A stretch of DNA of 64,000 nt from Candidatus Poribacteria bacterium. Lineage in GTDB: Bacteria; Poribacteria; WGA-4E; WGA-3G. Of this stretch, positions 20,538-28,888 are shown piece by piece. How positions within the stretch are numbered: position 1 is the first letter of the stretch; every line of letters begins with the position of its first letter. Position numbers and translations under genes: made by a program. The notes below the pieces were generated by a model. The model had not been told where the DNA came from. It made no database searches and saw only the letters and a list, made by a program, of their open reading frames with translations. Location: contig CBDBFU010000011.1 of the NCBI GenBank assembly GCA_965205025.1, positions 64,001-128,000 on the forward strand, given 5' to 3'.

Positions 20538-20659
20538 TACACACTTAAGTTAATATCGTATTAACATATGTGATTCACGGAGAATTGGTATCAATAAATT
20601 ATAAACACTTATAGAATAAGGGTTCGTAGAATTGCTCCGTGAAGGTTTCCGTGAAAGTG
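20538..20659. repeat. ~122-bp dispersed element, copy 1 (copy 2 at 50366-50488)
   Basis: Both copies share TACACACTTAAGTTA, ATGTGATTCACGGAGAA, AAATTATAAAC-CTTATAGAATAAGG and AATTGCTCCGTGAAGGTTTCCGTGAAAGTG. Confidence 0.9.
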
Positions 20660-20718
20660 CATTCATCTCAGAACAATAATTATTAACACTTTTTCCATTC
20701 ATATTATCTATCTTACAT

Positions 20719-20791
20719 AGTAAACTTTAGATTTATAGACAATTTACTTGTAGGAGCGACCTCCCGGTCGCGACCAGGAGGTCGCTCCTAC
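20719..20791. repeat. GTAG-type REP-like palindrome with conserved leader
   Basis: GTAGGAGCGACCTCC...GGAGGTCGCTCCTAC hairpin preceded by TAGTAAACTTTAGATTTA; related copies at 23447-23508, ~30944-31009 and ~28813-28838. Confidence 0.8.
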
Positions 20792-20921
20792 AGAAGAGGT
20801 GTGAAACGCAAACGTAAGTTGAGCCAATAGAAAATTAAAACAGTTTCCAATCTTGAAAATATCAGACATATCTGCTAAAATACACTGAACTAAGACATAT
20901 ACCCTATAGAATCTTCAACAA

Positions 20922-22571
20922 ATGGATTCATTACAAAAAATGATAAGACAACACTACAAAATAACAATCATACTGCACTATATATTTATAATCTGCCTAT
21001 CAACTGCTACTGCAGAACTCATCGATCCCAATACATATTGGTTGATGGTGGATACATCGCAAGATGAACGAGCAACGACGCGATTGGATAAGCTAAGCAA
21101 TTTACTTGTGGATGTGGGCAAAGTCCCAAAGTATAAGATACAACACATCAAGGGTGAGGATGCATCCTCTGATGGAATACGAAACACATTAAGTGATATA
21201 GCCGATAATCCTGCTACTATTGAAACAGTAGTATTTCTATATCATGGAGATGTATCAAAACCACTCGGTAGTACTGCGATGCTACTCACCTCATTCTCTG
21301 ATGAAATGATTCAGGATGCGGAACTGAATAAATGGTTAAAACAAACCAACAAAAACCGTATACTCGTAATTGTTGACGGTTATGCAGTTGATGAGAATAT
21401 GGGTATCTATTATGGAAATAGAGAAACGCTGGGAACTGGTGCACTCAATGTTATTCACCCAGTAGATTCTGTACAAACAACTGGAAAGAATTCATTCATA
21501 CAGGTATTGATTGACACCTTATCCAACGAAAAAACAGATGCTGATGAGAACAGACTTATCAGTATCATTGAGATCTATCAACAACTACAAGAAAAAAACA
21601 CATTCCAACAATCTATTCTTGCACCGACAGGTGATGTTGAAGCTACAATCCTAAAACTCAGTCCAGCTATAAGGGTCGCATCCTTTCCTGAAGGTGCTAC
21701 AATATCTCTAAATGAAATAGAGACTGGTGAAACCCCTAAGCTTATTACGACTGATATTAAGAAAGGAACATATCAAGTATCAATCAAGAAAGTTGGATAT
21801 ACCATACCAGAACCAAAAACCGCTGAGTTGAAATTCACACAAGGTGAAGTGGTTAATTTAGCATGGGTTTTAAAACCGATTTCTGTTATAGGTATAGTAA
21901 CAGGCCCGAAAGATTCATCAGTTGTTGGTACAAAAGTCTCTATTCCTGAAACAGACTATGAAACCGAAGTTGGGGATGATGGGACATATTCTTTTGGGGA
22001 ATGGGGAACAACGGGTCTGCTCACACCGGACAAGGAATACACCCTCTATGCTAAACAGGGTGACTTTTTATACGGTTCAGCGACATTTAAATTTGAAGGC
22101 TATGAAACAATAGAACAACCCATTACCTTAACTAAGAAGTCTTGGTTTGAAATTGCAGAATTTGAATTTGGCAGGAATGAAGATCAGAAAGCAGTAAACG
22201 CCTTTCAAAATGGTATTGAAGAAACCACTGATTTTCCACCTATGTCCTCAGAGTTAACGGTAATGTTGCTAAGTGCGTTCAGTGATGTTATTGATAGTGG
22301 TAAAATTACAAATATAAAATATATAGTCGTGACTGCAAAGTTAGCGGAAGCTTATCAACGTCCAGAACTCGCCAAAAAGTATTGGACACAAGTCAAGTTG
22401 AAAGCTGCAAAAGGAACATCGGCAGCAGAATTAGCACGCAAACGTTTGTGGCAAATGAGTCCTTGGCGGAACATCGTTTCCATAGGTGCAGTCGTCATCC
22501 TCATAGTTGCAGTCGCCTCTGCCATTTGGACATTATACCGTTATCGCAAATTAAAACAGACCGAAGGTTAA
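20922..22571 (+). CDS. membrane-anchored protein: degenerate caspase-like N-terminal domain, PEGA domain, carboxypeptidase-regulatory-like domain, helical region, C-terminal TM
   Basis: Signal peptide; VVFLYHGD and LVIVDG; SFPEGATISLN..GETP...GTYQVSIKKVGY (PEGA); C-terminal hydrophobic helix followed by basic residues. Confidence 0.65.
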   Translation: MDSLQKMIRQHYKITIILHYIFIICLSTATAELIDPNTYWLMVDTSQDERATTRLDKLSNLLVDVGKVPKYKIQHIKGEDASSDGIRNTLSDIADNPATIETVVFLYHGDVSKPLGSTAMLLTSFSDEMIQDAELNKWLKQTNKNRILVIVDGYAVDENMGIYYGNRETLGTGALNVIHPVDSVQTTGKNSFIQVLIDTLSNEKTDADENRLISIIEIYQQLQEKNTFQQSILAPTGDVEATILKLSPAIRVASFPEGATISLNEIETGETPKLITTDIKKGTYQVSIKKVGYTIPEPKTAELKFTQGEVVNLAWVLKPISVIGIVTGPKDSSVVGTKVSIPETDYETEVGDDGTYSFGEWGTTGLLTPDKEYTLYAKQGDFLYGSATFKFEGYETIEQPITLTKKSWFEIAEFEFGRNEDQKAVNAFQNGIEETTDFPPMSSELTVMLLSAFSDVIDSGKITNIKYIVVTAKLAEAYQRPELAKKYWTQVKLKAAKGTSAAELARKRLWQMSPWRNIVSIGAVVILIVAVASAIWTLYRYRKLKQTEG

Positions 22572-22672
22572 CCCTTTAAAACCCGTGATTCTAAATTAAG
22601 GAAACCGTAACAAAAGTAATATTGATAACACCTAACTCACGTTAAATTAACTTCTCAAACGGGGGCAATCAC

Positions 22673-23449
22673 ATGTATAACCGAACTTCGAAACTAATAC
22701 TATTAGTTGTGATGTTTACAAGCGTGTTAATGGTTGGAAAAATTTCTCATTCTGCTCAAGCGATTAGTGATGGATTGGTGAGTTATTGGTCATTTAATAA
22801 AAACACAGTCCCAGATAAAACGGTTAAAGATATTGTTGCCGGTAATGATGGAACCATAAACGGAAGTGTTGAGGTGGTAAACGGTCATATCCAAGAGGCA
22901 CTTAAGTTTAGTGGTGGGCATGTTGATTGTGGTTCGGATAATAGTTTAATTGCTATTGGCAATGAATTAACATTAGAAATGTGGATTAAACCTGAAAGAC
23001 CTGGATGGGCAATTATTGCTGGGGTATCAAGATCCGGTAATAATTCCTATGTGGTTGCTTGGTCAGATACAAGCCGTCTGGATTTTAACATTTGGAATGG
23101 CGCATTAGAGACATGGCCGTTTCATAGTGCATCACAACTTGCCTTAAATGAATGGCATCACGTCGCTGGTGTGTATGATAGTACGGAAGCATTAATCTAT
23201 ATCAATGGTGAGTTGGACAATCAGAAGAAATTCGAAGGTGAAATCAAACACAATGGTGAGAATTTCTGGATGGGTGCAAGAAAAGTAGGTGGATTACAAT
23301 ACCACGGTCTCCTTGATGAATTACGACTCTATAATCGTGGTTTATCTCAAGCAGAGATTCAGAAGAATATGAAGGCAGAAGGTCTTGCAGTAGAACCAAA
23401 CCAGAAATTAACACTTACCTGGGGGTACAATAAAGGTTTCAAGGAATAG
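22673..23449 (+). CDS. secreted LamG-like jellyroll protein
   Basis: LVSYWSF, TLEMWIK, WHHVAGVYD, IYINGEL, LDELRLYNRGLS; tail AVEPNQKLTLTWG. Confidence 0.9.
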   Translation: MYNRTSKLILLVVMFTSVLMVGKISHSAQAISDGLVSYWSFNKNTVPDKTVKDIVAGNDGTINGSVEVVNGHIQEALKFSGGHVDCGSDNSLIAIGNELTLEMWIKPERPGWAIIAGVSRSGNNSYVVAWSDTSRLDFNIWNGALETWPFHSASQLALNEWHHVAGVYDSTEALIYINGELDNQKKFEGEIKHNGENFWMGARKVGGLQYHGLLDELRLYNRGLSQAEIQKNMKAEGLAVEPNQKLTLTWGYNKGFKE

Positions 23450-23508
23450 TAAACTTTAGATTTAATTTAACACTTTACTTGTAGGAGCGCCCTCCCGGTC
23501 GCTCCTAC
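23447..23508. repeat. GTAG-type REP-like palindrome
   Basis: TAGTAAACTTTAGATTTA...GTAGGAGCGCCCTCCCGGTCGCTCCTAC, homologous to 20719-20791; lies between convergent genes. Confidence 0.8.
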
Positions 23509-23527
23509 CGTAGAGTAAATTACATCT

Positions 23528-24418
23528 CTATACAAGGTTATTTGCTGCACGAACAGGTCTAAACAATGTCTGCCGTTTTGGGGGCATTTCCTCAAGCAAC
23601 TTCGGATGTGGATTCCAGTCGTGCCACTTAGCATTTACTGTATTATAACAACTAAAAATCGCCAACCGATCATTCTCTTCGTTTGTCCATTGGTGTGTGC
23701 TATGCGTCAATGCTTCAGTGAAGAACAGCAATGAACCCGCGGGGCATTCATAGGTATCCCATATCTGTGAATCCGGACTTTGGATAGTATCCGGTGCTGT
23801 ATAAACTGCCTTATGGCTTCCTGTTATAAAGAGTGTCCCTCCCTGACGATACTTCACAGGATTTAGTTCCCATACGATACGGGTTAAACCACTATATCCC
23901 TTGCCAGGAATACAGCGATAAAGGTGAGAATCCCCAGGAAAACGGAGTAATCCATTGCCGTTGTGTGGTCCAAAATGACCATCTCCAACTGTACGATAGA
24001 ACAGACTACAGGACTCCATCCGAAATCCATAACATTCTTGATTTGACAAGGCAGGATGTGCAAGAAATTCGTTTAGAAAACCGACAACGTTCGGATGATC
24101 GGCTAATTTCTCCATCGGTCCACCAAGAGGGGTTCGATGGTGTTCTGGAATAGATTCAGGATCTGTTCGTAGACGCATACAGAAGTCTTGCATCTCTTCC
24201 AGTTCATCCCCCTTCAACACACCGGGCATTAATATCCATCCCCTCATATCAAACAGATATTTTTGTTCCTGTGTAGGAACAACAACCGATGTACCTTCTG
24301 AAGTTGTTTGTGGTAGTTCAGCATTATCTTCATCAAGTGGTGCACCCAAATTCTTGTCAACAATAAACGGTTTTGTATAATGTGTAGTTTCTGCCATAAT
24401 AATACTTCCTATTCTCAT
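23528..24418 (-). CDS. phytanoyl-CoA dioxygenase (PhyH) family Fe/2OG enzyme, HxG variant
   Basis: QKYLFDMRGW, GGTLFITGSHK, CPAGSLLFFTEALTH and the distal R; the first metal motif reads PHNG. Confidence 0.8.
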   Translation of the reverse strand: MRIGSIIMAETTHYTKPFIVDKNLGAPLDEDNAELPQTTSEGTSVVVPTQEQKYLFDMRGWILMPGVLKGDELEEMQDFCMRLRTDPESIPEHHRTPLGGPMEKLADHPNVVGFLNEFLAHPALSNQECYGFRMESCSLFYRTVGDGHFGPHNGNGLLRFPGDSHLYRCIPGKGYSGLTRIVWELNPVKYRQGGTLFITGSHKAVYTAPDTIQSPDSQIWDTYECPAGSLLFFTEALTHSTHQWTNEENDRLAIFSCYNTVNAKWHDWNPHPKLLEEMPPKRQTLFRPVRAANNLV

Positions 24419-24462
24419 TCATTGAATAAAATATACCTAACCTTGGTAAGAAAATCAACTGT

Positions 24463-25701
24463 TTATGACTTGGATTTTGCCAGTTTCAATGCATCTTCAG
24501 AGACATTCAGTGTCTTAGCAATATCTTCATCTGTATGTGAAATAGACATAAACCAGATATGTCCGGGTGGAAGATATAATCCACCGTCTAATGTTGCTTC
24601 ATAAAACGCTTGACGAAACTTACTTTGCTCATCATTCTCTGAACTCAAACCGAAAAATGGCATTGCACCAATTCCACCTATACTTGCTTGGTCAATACCT
24701 AACCTCTCTGTCATTTCACGGTAACCATCTAAAAGTTTTGTACCCTGTTTCCACATGAATTCGACACCATCTTTTGCTTCTAATTCTGCAATCGTCGCAA
24801 TAGCAGCTGCAACGAGAGAAACCTCACCATGGAAAGTAGCGGCTACCCATACATTGGACACTTCATCCATAATTTCGTCTCGACCAACAACTACAGCGGT
24901 AGCAAAACCATTTGCTAATGCTTTACCGAAGACTGACATATCAGGTGTAATACCGAAGTATTCCTGTGCACCCCCCAAAGCATATCGAAAACCGGTTTTC
25001 ACCTCATCAAATATCAGCAATGCATCATGTGAATTTACAAGTTTTTTCACATCTGCCAAATATCCATCTTCTGGTAGACTGCTTCCGGAGGGTTCCATAA
25101 TTAGACAGGCTATCTCTCCCGGATGCTCTTTAAACAGATCTTCAAGTGCTTCTATATCATTAAACCCAACCGAAAGTGTTGATTCTGCACTTGCAGGTAA
25201 ATGTCCACGTGTGTTATGACACCAATCGTGCCATCCGTGATATCCACATCGTATGACTTTCTCTTTTTCGGTGTAAGCACGTGCAAACTTTAATGCACCT
25301 GTTGTTGCATCGGAACCCCCAACAAAGTATGCAACTCTATCAGCTGAAGGTATAATTTCTACAAGTTTTTCTGCAAGTTCGATTTCTAATGTATGTCCAA
25401 AGTTATATACATTCCCGCGTTCTAAAGCATTCGCAACGGCTTCGATTACAGCAGGATATGCATGCCCAAGAATCATCGGACCATATCCCATCAAATAATC
25501 GATATAATCATTTCCATCTGCATCCCAAAAATGTGCTCCTTTACCACCAGCAACCATAACAGGTTCAGGAGGTTGACTCTGTTTATGCGGTTGTCCACCC
25601 CCGACTAATGCAGCTTTCGCACGTTCCCTCCATGCAAATGACTTTTCAAAAGATCTACCCATTCTTTGACCCTCAATAAAATTTGATAGATAGTATACCA
25701 T
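24463..25701 (-). CDS. class III aminotransferase (glutamate-1-semialdehyde aminomutase-like)
   Basis: DADGNDYIDY, GYHGWHD, LIFDEVKTGFR, PDMSVFGKA (PLP lysine). Confidence 0.9.
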   Translation of the reverse strand: MVYYLSNFIEGQRMGRSFEKSFAWRERAKAALVGGGQPHKQSQPPEPVMVAGGKGAHFWDADGNDYIDYLMGYGPMILGHAYPAVIEAVANALERGNVYNFGHTLEIELAEKLVEIIPSADRVAYFVGGSDATTGALKFARAYTEKEKVIRCGYHGWHDWCHNTRGHLPASAESTLSVGFNDIEALEDLFKEHPGEIACLIMEPSGSSLPEDGYLADVKKLVNSHDALLIFDEVKTGFRYALGGAQEYFGITPDMSVFGKALANGFATAVVVGRDEIMDEVSNVWVAATFHGEVSLVAAAIATIAELEAKDGVEFMWKQGTKLLDGYREMTERLGIDQASIGGIGAMPFFGLSSENDEQSKFRQAFYEATLDGGLYLPPGHIWFMSISHTDEDIAKTLNVSEDALKLAKSKS

Positions 25702-25798
25702 ACTTTATATTTCGTTGAACGTTTTTGTTGTCAAACGTATATAATTATGACATACTATACTATCATTTAGATTGGAAACAGAAGATTGAATTCGATTC

Positions 25799-27187
25799 AT
25801 GGAGGGTACGAAAATGGCAGAAAACCTATTATCAGATGAACAGATGAAACAATTTATCGTGAATGGCTTTGTCACCGTTAACACCTCGTTATCCCCTGAG
25901 TTCCACGAGGAAGTCTTTAATAACACTGCTACCGTATTTGATAAAGAAGGGAATCCCGGCAACAATCTATTACCACGGATACCTGAAATTCAAAGGGTCT
26001 TTGACGATGCTAACGTAAAAGGTGCACTGACAAGCCTTTTGGGACCGGATTCCTATATGCAACCCCACCGTCACCCGCATTACAATCCTCCCGGTAGTAA
26101 TGGACAGGGAATGCACCAAGATGGTGGTAAACGGTGGTCACATCATACACGCAGGTTGTTGGTTTTCTACTATCCACAAGACACACCCGTAGAAAGAGGT
26201 CCGACAGGTGTTGTCCCTATAAGTCATTACTTTAGTACACAAGAAGGATCACAGATTTCACCTGAAACACCCATCTCTGGAAAAGCGGGTACAGTTGCCT
26301 TTGCAAATTACGATTTATGGCACCGTGCTATGCCTAATCAGACAGAGCACAGACGATATATGATGAAGTTTCTCTATGCACGGATGACCGAACCCCATGA
26401 ACCAACCTGGGATAACAGAGATGTAAAATGGGAGAATGGAACAACGTATGGTCCAGCAGAACATCAGGAGATGTTCAAACATCTCTGGAATTGGCATCTC
26501 GGTTCAAAGGGAAATCAAACATCAGTATCACCCAATGGAGAATCGTTATCTGAACTTATTACTGAAGTCAACAGTGAAACAGAATCAAACGGATTAAAGG
26601 CTGCCTATGAAGTGTCTAAATTTGGTGAAGAAGCAGTGAAACCCTTGATTCGTTGTCTTCATGAGGAATCTGATATGACGCGCAGAAATGCGTGTTATGC
26701 ACTAAATGCTGTTGGTCGTCCTGCTGTTGCAGCGTTAGAGAACACCTTAAAAGATGCTCCCGATCATACCCGTGCAAATGCTGCCGAAGCGTTAGGTGAT
26801 CTTGGCTTGAAATCTGAATCTGCCGTGCCAACTCTGGTAGAAGCCTTACAGGATGAAAATCCATCTGTACGCTCCTTTGCTATCGAAGCATTAGGGACGA
26901 CAAGCCAAACAAGTTCAGCCGCTGTACCGGGATTAATTGAAGCATTAGAGAGTGAAAATGGTGGGATTAAACGTAATGCTGTGTTCGCTTTAGGAAGAAT
27001 TGGAAAAAACGCTACAGATGCTGTTGAAGGTTTAGAAAACCTACTTCTTGATGAAAATCGGTATATTAGAGGTGACGCATTCCATGCATTATACAGAATT
27101 GGCACCCCTGAAGCAAAGGATGTATTATTGCGTTATCTCCAAACTTCCCGTTGGTGTCCAATAACGAATCGTGAAAGTACGTTCTAA
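25799..27187 (+). CDS. PhyH-family dioxygenase fused to HEAT/PBS-lyase repeats
   Basis: MHQD, DLWHR and RYMMKF, followed by repeats such as RRNACYAL, RANAAEALG, RSFAIEALG and RNAVFALG. Confidence 0.88.
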   Translation: MEGTKMAENLLSDEQMKQFIVNGFVTVNTSLSPEFHEEVFNNTATVFDKEGNPGNNLLPRIPEIQRVFDDANVKGALTSLLGPDSYMQPHRHPHYNPPGSNGQGMHQDGGKRWSHHTRRLLVFYYPQDTPVERGPTGVVPISHYFSTQEGSQISPETPISGKAGTVAFANYDLWHRAMPNQTEHRRYMMKFLYARMTEPHEPTWDNRDVKWENGTTYGPAEHQEMFKHLWNWHLGSKGNQTSVSPNGESLSELITEVNSETESNGLKAAYEVSKFGEEAVKPLIRCLHEESDMTRRNACYALNAVGRPAVAALENTLKDAPDHTRANAAEALGDLGLKSESAVPTLVEALQDENPSVRSFAIEALGTTSQTSSAAVPGLIEALESENGGIKRNAVFALGRIGKNATDAVEGLENLLLDENRYIRGDAFHALYRIGTPEAKDVLLRYLQTSRWCPITNRESTF

Positions 27188-27227
27188 CATAGTTGGACAC
27201 AAACTACATCTTCAACGGTTATATGAT

Positions 27228-27278
27228 TCAGGATAGTCTATATCACAGGATTGGTTGTGGTATAGGACTATCCTGATT
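27228..27278 (+). terminator. long hairpin downstream of the PhyH-HEAT gene
   Basis: TCAGGATAGTC...GACTATCCTGA stem extended by TATATCACA/TGTGGTATA. Confidence 0.5.
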
Positions 27279-27333
27279 TGACAATTCACAAAAACTTTAC
27301 ACATCCTCACATATTAGAAAAGGAACTTTTCTT

Positions 27334-27912
27334 ATGAAACCCAAACAAATATTACAATCAAATTTCTTTTTTCTATTCCTTACCGCATTTCTCTTCCTGT
27401 CGCTTTGGGGATGTTCAACAACGTATCAGCAAAGTAGCATCCTTACCCTACAAGGTCCGTACCAAATACCTGACTTGCCAAAATCTGAACTTGCCACTAT
27501 TCAAATCGATAGAAACTGGATACAGTATGAGGGTCGTTTCGCTTTGGCAATCAACAAAAAGATCGCATTACGTGAAAATTTTAGTGAACACCATACCAAT
27601 GTTATCAATGATGTTTTCGTTGTCCCAGGGACGCATGACATAGCACTTCTACTGATCACCTATAACTATCCTGCAGGCGAAAGTAAGGAAACGCAAACCA
27701 CAAAGTGTTTGTCCATTGAGGTAAAAGCAGACAGCACCTACCTGTTGACAGCTGAATATGAAAATGATACAGACGATGAACTATGCTTTCAACTCATTGA
27801 TAAAAATACATGGGAAGTTGTCAGCCAACCACAAACTGATACCAACGTTTCATTCAATTACAAAGATTCTGATAATCATTCGATTCAATTTGGTGGATCA
27901 TATAATTTCTAA
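27334..27912 (+). CDS. hypothetical lipoprotein
   Basis: Signal peptide with LWGC lipobox; beta-rich body with 'VVPGTHDI'. Confidence 0.65.
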   Translation: MKPKQILQSNFFFLFLTAFLFLSLWGCSTTYQQSSILTLQGPYQIPDLPKSELATIQIDRNWIQYEGRFALAINKKIALRENFSEHHTNVINDVFVVPGTHDIALLLITYNYPAGESKETQTTKCLSIEVKADSTYLLTAEYENDTDDELCFQLIDKNTWEVVSQPQTDTNVSFNYKDSDNHSIQFGGSYNF

Positions 27913-28047
27913 CGGGAAATAAAGATAAAACACCATTTCAAAGTTATATGGTAATTCTTGTTCTTACGCTTACTATAACCGTTTGTTTATCAAATAACAT
28001 CACACAAGACAGTTTACCCATACAAACAATCTATCCATACGTAAACC

Positions 28048-28776
28048 ATGAAAAACAGAACATTTATACAAAAATACTGGTATTATTTCGTAATATTTTC
28101 TGTGTTGATTGGCACATTGTATTCCTTAGGGATTTATTCATCACATCTCAAACGCAAGGAATTTATTGCTAAACTGATATTTATAAAAAAGCCTCCTGCT
28201 GATGCTACTCCTGGTGGACATTGGGCTACTGACGGTACATGGAATAACAAACCCTATGTGGAAAAACCGAAATATACACACCATCATAAAACCGAAACAA
28301 AAGATCCACAAAGTACATTATCCGATGAAAAACTTAAAGAAATTCAACGTTTAAAGAAAATACAGTTGACACAAGAGCTTATAGAGTTGAAGCAGATAAT
28401 AGTTGATAAAGAAGTTATGATTGAATATCTACATGCCCAATTACCAGAAAATGAACGTGCTTTTGAAGAAAAAAGAGAATTCTTAAAACTTATTCAGAAG
28501 TATAACCAGCCAATCCTGGCATTCGAAGATTATGATTTTCTTTTCTCATACCCAACGCAATCGGAGATATTGGAAAAATATCAGAGCAAAGAATCTTTAC
28601 AAGCATTCTGCCATCGTGTAAAAGAGTTCCAATCTATGTTATTAGAAGTATCGGGTGAAATTGAAAAACGACCTGCATTTGCAAGACACATGCATCGAAA
28701 TTATCCAGATATTATGAAAAAACTTAAAAAATTAGCGGAATTAGAATTACCATCAATCTCTGCGGAAGGAATGTAG
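28048..28776 (+). CDS. hypothetical protein with N-terminal TM helix and coiled coil
   Basis: Single TM, a KKPPADATPGGHW..DGTW segment, and a helical C-terminus. Confidence 0.65.
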   Translation: MKNRTFIQKYWYYFVIFSVLIGTLYSLGIYSSHLKRKEFIAKLIFIKKPPADATPGGHWATDGTWNNKPYVEKPKYTHHHKTETKDPQSTLSDEKLKEIQRLKKIQLTQELIELKQIIVDKEVMIEYLHAQLPENERAFEEKREFLKLIQKYNQPILAFEDYDFLFSYPTQSEILEKYQSKESLQAFCHRVKEFQSMLLEVSGEIEKRPAFARHMHRNYPDIMKKLKKLAELELPSISAEGM

Positions 28777-28888
28777 CAATAATAACGCAAGGATGGGAAC
28801 AGGATTTTGAAGGATCGGGGAGCGAAATCCCCTCCTACCCAAGAGCCTAATGCTTATATTGACGCTTATGGGTCTCTTTTGTAAACAT

